DNA of 64,000 nucleotides. Origin: an uncultured delta proteobacterium (GTDB taxonomy: Bacteria; Desulfobacterota; Syntrophia; Syntrophales; UBA5619). The stretch is from contig CAWFOM010000010.1 of NCBI GenBank assembly GCA_963817385.1, positions 320,001-384,000 on the forward strand. The letters run 5' to 3'. The stretch's first letter is position 1. Each line of letters begins with the position of its first letter. The position numbers and the translations under genes were made by a program. The notes below the pieces were generated by a model. That model saw only the letters and a program-made list of their open reading frames with translations, ran no database searches and was not told where the DNA came from. This document shows positions 50,327 through 59,970 of this stretch, one piece after another.

Positions 50327-51085
50327 ATGGATCTCACACAACTGATCATCATCTTCGGCGCCAGTTTGATCTGTAGCACCTTTGGAACACTGGTTGGCGG
50401 AAGTAGCCTGATCACAATCCCGCTTCTGATTCTGATGGGCCTTCCACCCCATACAGCCATCGGCACGGACAGATTGGGAACCACCGGGATCGGGCTGGCA
50501 GGCCTTTATTCTTTTCATCGCAAGGGGATGATGCGCTACCGTCTGGCCTTTATCGTCGGCATTCCTTGTCTTCTCGGAGGCTTCATCGGGGCTAACCTCG
50601 CACTTCAGATCAGCCCCGAACTCCTAAAGAAGTTCATCGTGGCACTGACGGTTGTCCTGCTGATTGTTGTGGTGGCCAATCCGAGGTTGGGGGTTGTGGC
50701 GGTGGCAACGAAGCGTCCCCTAACCACCGGAAGATACATTTTAGGTGCCTTTTTGAGCCTCCTCGCGGGCATCTATGGCGGCTTTTACGGGGCCGGAATG
50801 GGGACGTTCATGTCCTACATCATGATCCTCGTTTTTTGTCAGACCTTTCTGGAAAGCGCCGCCAATACGAAGGTTGCCGGGATCATGATGAGCGTTACTT
50901 CGGCGGCTACCTACGCCTATCACGGCGCCATCCATCTTCCTCTGGCCTTGGTCATGTTTGCCGGTTCCTGCATCGGCTCGTACATGAGCGCCCAATATTC
51001 CGACCGGATCGGAAACGTCTGGATCAAGCGAATCTTCATCGTGGTAGTCTTGATCATGGCGGTGAAGCTGCTGATGGATGCCTAG
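50327..51085 (+). CDS. Sulfite exporter TauE/SafE family protein
   Basis: GGSSLITIPLL..PHTAIGT, GIYGGFYGAGMGTF; multi-TM. Confidence 0.9.
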   Translation: MDLTQLIIIFGASLICSTFGTLVGGSSLITIPLLILMGLPPHTAIGTDRLGTTGIGLAGLYSFHRKGMMRYRLAFIVGIPCLLGGFIGANLALQISPELLKKFIVALTVVLLIVVVANPRLGVVAVATKRPLTTGRYILGAFLSLLAGIYGGFYGAGMGTFMSYIMILVFCQTFLESAANTKVAGIMMSVTSAATYAYHGAIHLPLALVMFAGSCIGSYMSAQYSDRIGNVWIKRIFIVVVLIMAVKLLMDA

Positions 51086-51285
51086 GACTGCCCATATACC
51101 TCTCCGCAAAACTGGATAGGGCGATGAGGTGCATTTTACTCTGTACCGAATTTGCATCAGATTCAGAAGATCGATGTCGCATCTGCTTCCGGGAGATTTT
51201 CTCCCTTCATTCCACGAATGCGATATGATACTTTAACGGCTGTCTCAGCAGGCATTTAAGTCATTGTTGTCCCAGCGGGGGATCC

Positions 51286-51658
51286 ATGACGTATCGTCTC
51301 TTGGCGGATCTGGTGGTCATAATCCATGGCGGATTCGTCCTCTTCGCGGTCTTGGGCGGATTTCTCGTCCTCAGGCGGCGGTCGCTTGGCGTGGCTTCAC
51401 GTCCCGGCCTTCTTGTGGGCGGGATTCATCGAGTTCACTGGCGGCATCTGCCCGCTAACGCCGCTGGAGAACATCCTCCGCGCCCTGGGAGGGGAAGAAG
51501 CTTACCGGGGCACATTCACCGACCGCTATCTGATGCCCCTCCTCTACCCGGACGAGCTCACCCAGGGGTACCAGATCCTCCTCGGAAGCCTTGTCCTGTT
51601 CCTCAATGCCGCGATCTATGCCGCCCTCTGGCAGCGGAGTCGAACAAAAACCGGGTAG
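51286..51658 (+). CDS. DUF2784 family membrane protein (frameshift near 51385)
   Basis: LADLVVIIHGGFVLFAVLGG joined to WLHVPA..ICPLTPLEN.LR..YLMPLLYP. Confidence 0.8.
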
Positions 51659-51690
51659 AGCTCTTGCAGAGCAGACCCCTGCCGGCGCAT

Positions 51691-51719
51691 TTGACATTTT
51701 CGGCCCGCTCGGCTATGGT
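51691..51719 (+). promoter_or_regulatory. sigma70 promoter
   Basis: TTGACA-N17-TATGGT. Confidence 0.6.
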
Positions 51720-51730
51720 GTCCGCACATT

Positions 51731-51846
51731 TAAAGCTCTCCGCAGCAAGCTGCGGAAAATCTACGATCATTAAATGAACAATCTATCCGCTTTTTGTTCG
51801 CTTACCCCGCGGCTTGCCGCGGGGACTACGCTCACGGGCGGATTCA
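51731..51846. repeat. Double-hairpin intergenic element
   Basis: Hairpins CCGCAGC-AA-GCTGCGG (51740-51755) and CCCCGCGGC-TT-GCCGCGGGG (51805-51824) with an AT-rich spacer. Confidence 0.55.
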
Positions 51847-51860
51847 TGTAAGAGGCAGCC

Positions 51861-53447
51861 ATGACGCACCCCGAGCTTTTTGCCGCGATGAGCCGTCCGG
51901 AATTCTATCCCCACCGCCCGGAAGCGATCACGGTCGTTCAGACACACATATCCTTTATCTTCATCGCCGGAGAAGAAGTTTACAAGGTCAAGAAGGCCGT
52001 CGATTTCGGCTTTCTCGATTTCACGACCCTCGAAAAGCGGAAATTCTACTGCGATGAGGAGCTCCGGCTGAACCGGAGACTGGCCCCGGAGGCCTATCTC
52101 GGCGTCGTCCCGATCGTCGAGGACACCGCCGGCCGGCTCGCGCTCGGCGGGAACGGTCGGATCGTCGAGTACGCCGTCCGAATGAAGAAGCTCCCCCAGG
52201 AGCGGATGCTCGGGCGACTCCTGGCCGAGGGAAAGGTCGAGCCCGCCGTCATGGATGCGATCGCCGGCAAACTCGCCGATTTCCACCGCCGGGCTGAAAC
52301 GGGGGGGCGGATCGACGAGATCGGCGGCCTGGAGACGATCCGCCGGAACCACGAGGAGAATTTCGCCCAGACGGCGGACTACGTCGGCGTCACGATCCCA
52401 ACGGGCCGTTACGCCTTCATCCGCGCCTATGTCAGGGATTTTCTGAACCGGCAGGAGTCCCTGTTCCACCGGCGCGTCGCCGAGCACCGGATCCGGGACT
52501 GTCACGGCGATCTCCATCTCGAGCACATCTGCGTCGACAACGGGATCACGATCTTCGACTGCATCGAATTCAACGAGCGGTTCCGCTTCGGGGACGTCGC
52601 CGCCGAGGTCGCCTTCCTCGCGATGGACCTTGACTACAACGGCTACGGCGCCTGGGGGGAGTCCTTCGCCGAGGCATACATCCGTCATGCAGAAGATCCG
52701 GATATCCGGCGGCTCCTCAATTTCTACCGCTGCTACTACGCCTATGTCCGGGGGAAGGTCGTGGGTTTCCGGATCAAGGATCCGGCTATCGGGGAGAAGG
52801 AACGGGGAGAAGCGCGGGAAACGGCCGCCCGCTATTTTGATCTGGCCTACACCTACGCCGCCCGGCTGGAGCGTCCCGCCCTGATCCTGACGGCGGGCCT
52901 CATGGGGACGGGGAAGAGCGTCCTTGCCCGGGGCCTCGCGCCCTTGCTCGGCGCGGATGTGATCCGCACCGATCTGGTCAGGAAGGAACTCCTCGCCATC
53001 CGCCCTGCGGAGCGCCGCCCCGATCCCTTCGGCCAGGGGATCTATTCCGACGAGATCTCCCGGCTGACCTATGACCGGGCGCTGGAGATCGCCGGCGCAG
53101 AACTCCAAAAGGGGCGATCGGTGATCATCGACGCCTCATACAAGAGGCGGGCGGAGCGTATCCGGGCTGCGGAGGCGGCAAAAAAATGGAATGCCGATTT
53201 TTTTCTCATCGAATGCGTCTGCCCGGAAGGGATCATCAAGGAGCGCCTCGATGCCCGGCAGGCGGACGGCACCGACCCCTCCGACGGCCGGTGGGAGATC
53301 TTTCTCGCCCAGAAGGCCGATTTCGACCCCATAACGGAGTTTCCGGCGGAAACGCACCTGGTCGTCGATACGGCACGGGATCCCGAGGAGTGCCTGGACG
53401 AGGCGCTTGGGAAGATCAGGGGGTTCGTCGCACCGGAGGCTTGTTAG
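51861..53447 (+). CDS. Bifunctional aminoglycoside-phosphotransferase-like / AAA-kinase protein
   Basis: QTHIS, YKVKK, FLDFTTLE, CHGDLHLEHI, FDCIEFN; P-loop GLMGTGKS, IIDASY, SDG. Confidence 0.9.
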   Translation: MTHPELFAAMSRPEFYPHRPEAITVVQTHISFIFIAGEEVYKVKKAVDFGFLDFTTLEKRKFYCDEELRLNRRLAPEAYLGVVPIVEDTAGRLALGGNGRIVEYAVRMKKLPQERMLGRLLAEGKVEPAVMDAIAGKLADFHRRAETGGRIDEIGGLETIRRNHEENFAQTADYVGVTIPTGRYAFIRAYVRDFLNRQESLFHRRVAEHRIRDCHGDLHLEHICVDNGITIFDCIEFNERFRFGDVAAEVAFLAMDLDYNGYGAWGESFAEAYIRHAEDPDIRRLLNFYRCYYAYVRGKVVGFRIKDPAIGEKERGEARETAARYFDLAYTYAARLERPALILTAGLMGTGKSVLARGLAPLLGADVIRTDLVRKELLAIRPAERRPDPFGQGIYSDEISRLTYDRALEIAGAELQKGRSVIIDASYKRRAERIRAAEAAKKWNADFFLIECVCPEGIIKERLDARQADGTDPSDGRWEIFLAQKADFDPITEFPAETHLVVDTARDPEECLDEALGKIRGFVAPEAC

Positions 53448-54183
53448 AGATCTCAGGAGGCTGGACGGGGAAATCACTCTTCACTTCAGTCTTCTTTCCC
53501 GCCTCCGCCTCGGCGAGACGCCTTTTCGTTTCGATGAGGTAATAGCTTACCTTGTAATCGAGGCCTACGTTCGCATATTCCCGCGCAACCTTCTCGAACC
53601 TCCGGAGCGCCGCCCGGTACTGCTTGATTTTGAAGTAAAATTCCCCCACGTAGAACTCCTGCTCGCCCAGGGTCTTTTTGCACTCCCGGATCATCTTCTC
53701 GGCCAGGAAGGCAAATTTGCTGCCGGGAAAGCGAGCCGTCAGCCGCTCGAACTCGCTGAGGGACTTAAACGCCTCGGACTGGTCGCGGTCGATCGTTGAT
53801 ATCTCGTTGAAGTGGCAAAGCCCGATCTGATACATCACATAGGGGAGGTTCTCGTTCGTCGGGTGGAGATTGAGAAATTCTCTGTAGGCGAGCTCGGCTT
53901 CGAGATAGTCCTTGGCGCTGAACGAGGAGTCGGCGATCCCCAGTTCCGCCATAATGGCGAACTTACTCAGGGGATACTCCTCCTTGAGTCGCTGGAAAAC
54001 CTCCAGGGACTTTTTATAGCTTCCGTCCTGATAGTATGCCACCCCCTGCTGGTAGAGCCCATCCGGTGTGGCACGGGTCAAATCGATTTTCTTCGTCCAC
54101 GGCCACGTGAAGGTGCAGCCGGAGAGCATCAGAACCAGGACCATAAGCATCAATGGGATTCGTTTGCTGCGCACAGTTTTCAC
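53416..54183 (-). CDS. bamD: Outer membrane protein assembly factor BamD
   Basis: Lipobox LSGC, TPR-like YPLSKF, FLNLHP, DRDQ, RFPGSKF, EFYVGEFY, RFE. Confidence 0.9.
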   Translation of the reverse strand: MKTVRSKRIPLMLMVLVLMLSGCTFTWPWTKKIDLTRATPDGLYQQGVAYYQDGSYKKSLEVFQRLKEEYPLSKFAIMAELGIADSSFSAKDYLEAELAYREFLNLHPTNENLPYVMYQIGLCHFNEISTIDRDQSEAFKSLSEFERLTARFPGSKFAFLAEKMIRECKKTLGEQEFYVGEFYFKIKQYRAALRRFEKVAREYANVGLDYKVSYYLIETKRRLAEAEAGKKTEVKSDFPVQPPEISNKPPVRRTP

Positions 54184-54202
54184 CTTTCGGGCGCCCGGAA
54201 AA

Positions 54203-54532
54203 CTAGAGGGCCTTCTTGATGAACGCCTCCAGGCGTTCCATCGGCACCAGGCCGACGAGGGTATCGAAAACCTTCCCCTCCTTAAAGAGGAGCAGGGTCG
54301 GGATGCTCCTCACGCCATAAGACGCCGCCGTCTTGGGATTGTCGTCGATGTTGACCTTCGCCACCTTGAGCTTATCGTGGTACTGACCTGCAAGCGTCTC
54401 CACCAGAGGACCGATGGCTTTGCAGGGTCCGCACCAGGGCGCCCAGAAATCGACCAGGGCAGGCTTGTCCGCCTTGAGAATCTCCTCCGCAAAGCTCCCA
54501 TCGCCGACGTGCGCTAAAAATTCTTCCGCCAT
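54203..54532 (-). CDS. trxA: Thioredoxin
   Basis: VDFWAPWCGPCK, KVNID, VRSIPTL. Confidence 0.97.
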   Translation of the reverse strand: MAEEFLAHVGDGSFAEEILKADKPALVDFWAPWCGPCKAIGPLVETLAGQYHDKLKVAKVNIDDNPKTAASYGVRSIPTLLLFKEGKVFDTLVGLVPMERLEAFIKKAL

Positions 54533-54690
54533 ATACCTGTCTCCTTTCAATCTTTGTAAGGCACTATCGCATATCTCGGTAAATGATGTCAAGGCTGCCA
54601 TTTTGACAGCCGCCGGCAATTCTGTTATACGCTGAAAGGCAACCACCGCGCAAATACCGCTGCGTTGCGACGCGTTTTTAAGGAGAGCCG

Positions 54691-55403
54691 ATGAAACCTC
54701 TGGGCATAATCTCGGGAACCGTCTTTCTGCAGGGACAGGGGATCTTCGCAGACCTGCGGGAGGAGATGCGGGAAACGCCATTCGGCCGGGCGCTGGTCTT
54801 GCGCTCCGCCGAGGTTGTCTTCATCCCCCGTCACGGGAAGGATCCGCACCACCACATCCTGCCACACCTCATCAACCACCAGGCCAATCTGCAGGCCCTG
54901 AAAGACCTGGGCGTGGTAGCAGGTCCTCGGCGTCAATTCGACCGGTTCCCTGAAGCGGCGGATTAAACCGGGGATGATCGTCATTCCCGACGACTACCTC
55001 ATGCTTGCTGCCGGCCCCACGGTCGTCCGGGAGAAGCCCGTTCATATCACCCCGGCATTGAATGCGGAGGTGCGGCGGAAATTGCTGGAGGCGGCACGGG
55101 ATTGCGCCATCGAGGTGATCGATGGAGGAACCTACTGGCAGACCGCCGGCCCGCGTTTCGAAACACGGGCGGAGATTGCGATGATGTCGCTCATTCGCCG
55201 ACCTCGTGGGGATGACGATGGCCAGCGAAGCGATTGTCTCCCAGGAGCTCGATCTGCCCTACGCCTCGCTCTGTTCGGTGGACAATTACGCCCATGGCCT
55301 TGAAGACAAGGAACTGACCATGGAAAAGATCCTCTGGCACGCGCGGCAAAACGCCGAGACAATTCTCCGGATCCTGACCCGTTATCTAAACGCTCTGTCC
55401 TGA
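54691..55403 (+). CDS. MTAP-family purine nucleoside phosphorylase (frameshifts near 54920 and 55195)
   Basis: GIISGT, TPFG, IPRHG, PHLINHQAN, GPRFETRAE, GMTMASEA, VDNYA. Confidence 0.88.
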
Positions 55404-55420
55404 CGTGCGGAGCATCTGAT

Positions 55421-55856
55421 TCAGAAGGCGCCGAGCTGGCAGGGTTTAATCTTGATTTTCAGCGTCTCGCAGGCGGAAGAAATCTTCATCCGCGGGATCT
55501 TCATCTCCGCGGCGATCTCCCAGGCGGCTGCGCAGGGGAGCCTGCCGCCGGCAAGACGGCTGCGAATGGCCCTTTCGATCTCCGGAGTCACCTGCGCTGC
55601 CGGCCGGACGCTCTTCCCTTCGGTCGTCATAACCGAAAAGACCGAGCTGGCAGCGGCTGATCCGGACCTCCAGCAGATCGAGCGTCCGTCCCACCTCCGC
55701 CAAGGCTGCGCCGAGTCTGGCTCCAATCCGCTCCGCGTCGGCGCAGGCGAGTTTCCCGTTGGCAACCTTCTCACGCACCGCGGCGGCTATTTTCTCATCC
55801 GGCTTCCCGCCCGGCGCATGCTTGGCCGAATAGCGTCCTTTATCAGCGTGTGTCAT
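55421..55856 (-). CDS. Hypothetical protein with tandem-duplicated GxLxC..CQLGxF domain (frameshift near 55630)
   Basis: GKLACADAERI...ISRCQLGLF, then GRLPCAAAWEI...IKPCQLGAF. Confidence 0.75.
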
Positions 55857-55919
55857 AGTCTCATCCTCACGTTTTCTTGCTCCCCTTGTAATAAATCGGG
55901 CAATTACGGAAATCCATCA

Positions 55920-56373
55920 CTATTTCTTATAGTGAAACGGCTCGACGGCGGACAGCGCCTCGGCATCCAGCGTCTGAAAGCCATTTTTTTCCAGGAGCTT
56001 TTCGGCCGTCTCGATCCGATCGACGCTGACCACGAAGACCGCCTTCCGGCTCCCCTCCAGGACGAAGCCGTAGGCGTTATTGATGTTGATCCCTTCCGCA
56101 AAGAGGAGCTGCGTCAGTTTGTCGAGGCCGCCCGGCTGATCGGGGATGACGACGGCCAGGACACGGCTCAGGGTGACCGTCATACCGGCCTTCGTGAGCG
56201 CCGCCTCGGCCCGGGGGGGATCGTCGACGATCAGGTTGATAACACCGAAGGTATCGGACGTGGCGATCGTCGTCGCCCGGATGTTGATCTTCTCCTTCGC
56301 CAGGAGCCTGTGTCACCGCCGCCAGCCTCCCCGGCTTGTTTTCCGCGAATATCGAAAGCTGATAGGTAATCAT
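55920..56373 (-). CDS. Double ACT-domain protein (frameshift near 56310)
   Basis: QLSIFAENKPGRLA and IPDQPGGL..GININNAYGF; follows paaK. Confidence 0.88.
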
Positions 56374-56385
56374 CTCCTCCCCCCT

Positions 56386-57684
56386 CTAATCCTTCCGGTT
56401 GTCGATCACCCGCACCGCCTTGCCCTCGCTCTTCGGGAGACTGTCCGGCTCCACCAGATCCACCTTCGGGGTGATCAGGATGTCGCTCCTGAGCTCCTCC
56501 ACAATCCGCTGCCGCAGGGCTTCAAGCTGCTGCAAGTTCCCGCCGAAGAACTCCCGCTGGATCTCCACCTTGACGGTCATCTGATCGTTGTAGCCCTCCC
56601 GGTCGAGGACGATCAGGAAGTTTGTCCCCACGCCGGGGATCTCCATGAGCCTCTTTTCGATCTGGATCGGGAAGATGTTCACCCCCTTCAGGATCATCAT
56701 GTCGTCGGTCCGCCCCTTGATCCGCTCGATCCGCCGGTGGGTCCGGCCGCAGGGGCAGGGGCCGGGGATGATCCGGGTCAGATCCTTCGTCCGGTAGCGG
56801 AGGATCGGCATCCCCTCCCTCAGGAGGGTCGTCATCACCAGTTCCCCCTCCTCCCCCTCGGGAAGCGGTTTGAGCGTCACGGGATCGATGATCTCGGCGA
56901 TGTAGTTGTCCTCCCAGAGGTGCATCCCGTGCTGTTCCGGACACTCGAAGGCCACGCCGGGGCCGTTCATCTCGGAGAGGCCATAGGAGTTGAATCCCCT
57001 GAATCCGTAGAACTCCTCGATTATCTGGCGCATCTTCTCCGAATGCGGTTCGGCGCCGAGGAAGGCGATCTTCAGCTTTGTATCCCGGCGGGGATCGACG
57101 CCGGCTTCCGTAAAGACGGTCGAGAGGTGGAGGGCATAACTGGGAATGATATGGATGACGGTCGTCTCGAAATCCCGCATCAGTTGGATCTGACGCTTGC
57201 TGTTCCCCGCCCCGGCGGGGATCACCAGCGCCCCGATCTTCTCCGCGCCGTAGTGGAATCCGAGGCCCCCCGTGAAGAGGCCGTAGGTCATCATGTTCTG
57301 GAACACATCTGAGCGTCTCATCCCGGTCATGTACATGGAGCGGGCGAGGAGATTCGTCCAGGCCGCGATGTCGTTTGCCGTGTGAAAGATCACCGTGGCC
57401 CTGCCCGTCGTCCCGGAAGAGGAGTGCATCCGGATGATCTCATCGCGGGAGCAGGTAAGAAACCCATAGGGCCATTGCTCGCGGAGGTCCTCTTTCGTGG
57501 TGAGCGGAAGGATCTCGAGATCCGCGACCGTCCGGATGCGGCCCGTATCCAGCCCCCTCTCGGCAAAAAGCTTCCCATAATAGATGGATTTTTTCGCCCG
57601 CTCCAGTGTTTCGCCGAGTCGGGCAGCCTGCAGCTTCTCAAGGCAGCCCCGGTCCATCGTTTCGATCTCTTTTTCCCAGTACAT
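56386..57684 (-). CDS. paaK: Phenylacetate-CoA ligase family protein
   Basis: HSSSGTTG, YGLFTGGLG, GAEP, YGLSEMNGPGVA, RYRTKD, GRTDDMMILKGVNIFP. Confidence 0.93.
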   Translation of the reverse strand: MYWEKEIETMDRGCLEKLQAARLGETLERAKKSIYYGKLFAERGLDTGRIRTVADLEILPLTTKEDLREQWPYGFLTCSRDEIIRMHSSSGTTGRATVIFHTANDIAAWTNLLARSMYMTGMRRSDVFQNMMTYGLFTGGLGFHYGAEKIGALVIPAGAGNSKRQIQLMRDFETTVIHIIPSYALHLSTVFTEAGVDPRRDTKLKIAFLGAEPHSEKMRQIIEEFYGFRGFNSYGLSEMNGPGVAFECPEQHGMHLWEDNYIAEIIDPVTLKPLPEGEEGELVMTTLLREGMPILRYRTKDLTRIIPGPCPCGRTHRRIERIKGRTDDMMILKGVNIFPIQIEKRLMEIPGVGTNFLIVLDREGYNDQMTVKVEIQREFFGGNLQQLEALRQRIVEELRSDILITPKVDLVEPDSLPKSEGKAVRVIDNRKD

Positions 57685-57753
57685 GCCGCGCCTCCGCCTG
57701 TTATTGGATAGGCGATTTTCTACAACCGATCTGCGATAGTATCAAGTTAAACA

Positions 57754-58446
57754 TCATTTTACGACAAAAGGATTGAAATTTGTTTCGTAATCATAGAAAT
57801 CTTCGCGTTCGGCCTTTTTCAGGTAATTGACGGCCAGGTAGGTAAGAGGCGTCAATGCCGCTTCATAGAGGGACTTGATGAGCCACTGAGTCACAGCCAT
57901 CTGTGCTAAAACCGTTACCGGAATGATCCCATAAAAAGCTATGGTGATAAAGATTGACGAATCGGCCATCTGCCCCAGCAGGGTCGACGAAATGGTGCGG
58001 ACCCAAAGATGACGTCCCCGCATGGCAATCTTGATTTTCGCCAGCACAAAAGCATTCAGAAACTCTCCCGTCAGATAGGCGATGAAGGACGCGATCAGCA
58101 GTCGAGGGGTGAACCCGAAAATCGCCGCATAGGCCTCCTGGGACCGTTCGGGCGACGGGAAATTGGCAATCTGCCAGAAAGGGGCGGGAGGCAGCATCAT
58201 GCTCAGGTAAATGGCCGCCACCGCCAGGGCGTTGCAGGCAAAACCAATCCAGATAACCTGCCGCGCCCGCCGGTATCCGTAGACCTCGGTGAGAATATCT
58301 CCCAAAATATAGGACACCGGGAATATGATGATTGCAGCGGGAAGAAAGAACGGACCAAGGGCCACAGGCTTGATCGCAATGATATTCGATACGACAAGGC
58401 AGGTCACAAAGACACCCGTCAGGGCGGGGAATAGCCGGTAATGCAT
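57754..58446 (-). CDS. Queuosine precursor transporter (YhhQ/DUF165)
   Basis: SNIIAIK, DILTEVYG, PRLLIAS, WVRTISST..GQMADS; follows queF. Confidence 0.92.
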   Translation of the reverse strand: MHYRLFPALTGVFVTCLVVSNIIAIKPVALGPFFLPAAIIIFPVSYILGDILTEVYGYRRARQVIWIGFACNALAVAAIYLSMMLPPAPFWQIANFPSPERSQEAYAAIFGFTPRLLIASFIAYLTGEFLNAFVLAKIKIAMRGRHLWVRTISSTLLGQMADSSIFITIAFYGIIPVTVLAQMAVTQWLIKSLYEAALTPLTYLAVNYLKKAEREDFYDYETNFNPFVVK

Positions 58447-58472
58447 GGGAAGGATCCTTTTCTCGATTGTCC

Positions 58473-58883
58473 CTATCGTGTATATTCCGCATCCACGGAA
58501 ATGCCAATGCCGCCCCTGACGGCAAAATCAGCCGTAATCTTGCACCAGCGCGGAGCAAGCGCGCCGACGACGTCGTCTAAAATGACATTGATGACATGCT
58601 CGTGGAATGTTCCTTCATTGCGGAACGAGTGGAGATAGAGTTTGAGGGATTTCGATTCCAGGATAAGCATGTCGGGAACATACTGGATTTTCAGTTTTGC
58701 AAAGTCCGGCTGCCCCGTCAGCGGACAGACACAGGTGAATTCCTCGGTAAACAGGGTAATCGTATAATCCCGCTCGGGATGATGATTGGGAAATGCCTCC
58801 AATGTTCGACCCGGGTTGATCTTGTCTTTTCCAAGGACCGTCAGGTTCTTAAGGTCCGATTTTGCCGTCAATCGTTTTCTCAT
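58473..58883 (-). CDS. queF: preQ0 reductase (type I)
   Basis: EFTCVCPLTGQPDFA, ESKSLKLYL, FHE, RGGI. Confidence 0.95.
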   Translation of the reverse strand: MRKRLTAKSDLKNLTVLGKDKINPGRTLEAFPNHHPERDYTITLFTEEFTCVCPLTGQPDFAKLKIQYVPDMLILESKSLKLYLHSFRNEGTFHEHVINVILDDVVGALAPRWCKITADFAVRGGIGISVDAEYTR

Positions 58884-59279
58884 ACGCAATTATCCTTTGC
58901 TGACGTTGCTCATCAGGAAAACTCTGTCTCCGAACAGTGCGATGCGTTAGCCCTATCATATATGAGAGCATCGTTCAAATTATTTCGCGGAGGAATAACG
59001 ATCAAGCTGCGAGCGACCCGGATGGTTGCAATATGCCGGTTTGCTGAACTGCCTGAGCAGGTATCCTCGATCTGGGCCTCCGCGCGGCGATATCTTCTTT
59101 CAGCTTGACGGAAAACTCCGGGAGGCCACGCCCAACCTTTCAGATCAGACGGGAGTATTCGCAAAAAATGTTGCCAAATTGCCATCGGCACGTTAATAAT
59201 CACTCCCGTATTGCGCAAGTGGAAATCGCACCGGTGAATACTCTTTTACCGAAGCGGACGGCATGTGGGGAGGCATCTC

Positions 59280-59852
59280 ATGACCGGCATAATCCTTTCC
59301 GGCGGCAGGAACAGGAGAATGGGAGAAAACAAGGCGTTTCTCCGGGTTGGCGGTGAGCGCCTGATCGACCGGACTGTCCGGCTCTTCCGGGAGCTCTTTC
59401 GGGAGGTCATCATCGTCACGACAAGTCCTCTCGACTATATCGACCAGGAAGCCGCCATCGTCACCGATATCCTCCCGGAGAGGGGCGCCCTCGGCGGTCT
59501 CTATACGGGTCTTTTCTATGCCCGGGAGGAGCACGCCTTTGCGGCAGCCTGCGACATACCCTTCCTGAACCGTTCGTTTATCGAATACATGGCATCCCTG
59601 GCAACCGGCTATGACATCGTCGTCCCGGCGCCGCCCGACGGTCTCCAGCCTCTCCACGCCGTCTATGCCCGCCGCTGCCTCCCCGCCATCCGAAACCTCC
59701 TCGATCGGGATCGCCTGCAGATCAAGGAACTCTACCCGGGACAAAAGATCCTCAAGATATCCCCCGAGATCCTCCACTGCTTCGATCCGGAAGGCCGGAT
59801 GTTCCTGAATGTCAATACCCCGGAAGACTTTCGGAAGCTGCCGACTGCATGA
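59280..59852 (+). CDS. mobA: Molybdenum cofactor guanylyltransferase
   Basis: ILSGGRNRRMG.NKA, GALGGLYTG, ACDIPF, QPLHAVY, NVNTPED. Confidence 0.93.
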   Translation: MTGIILSGGRNRRMGENKAFLRVGGERLIDRTVRLFRELFREVIIVTTSPLDYIDQEAAIVTDILPERGALGGLYTGLFYAREEHAFAAACDIPFLNRSFIEYMASLATGYDIVVPAPPDGLQPLHAVYARRCLPAIRNLLDRDRLQIKELYPGQKILKISPEILHCFDPEGRMFLNVNTPEDFRKLPTA

Positions 59853-59970
59853 AAAAGCGGCCTCGCGAGGAAGAGACAGACAGCGGCAACATGCATGAAC
59901 GGGGTAAAACGCCATTAGACATTCCTGCGGCAATGGTGTATGGCTCTGTGGGAGGAAAGGGGAGCGGTCA

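Noticed and set aside
58884..59260. preQ1 riboswitch upstream of queF-yhhQ, and ORF 58913-59218
   Set aside because: No preQ1-I stem with A-rich tail recognised by eye (an Rfam scan would be decisive); the ORF has no convincing RBS or motif
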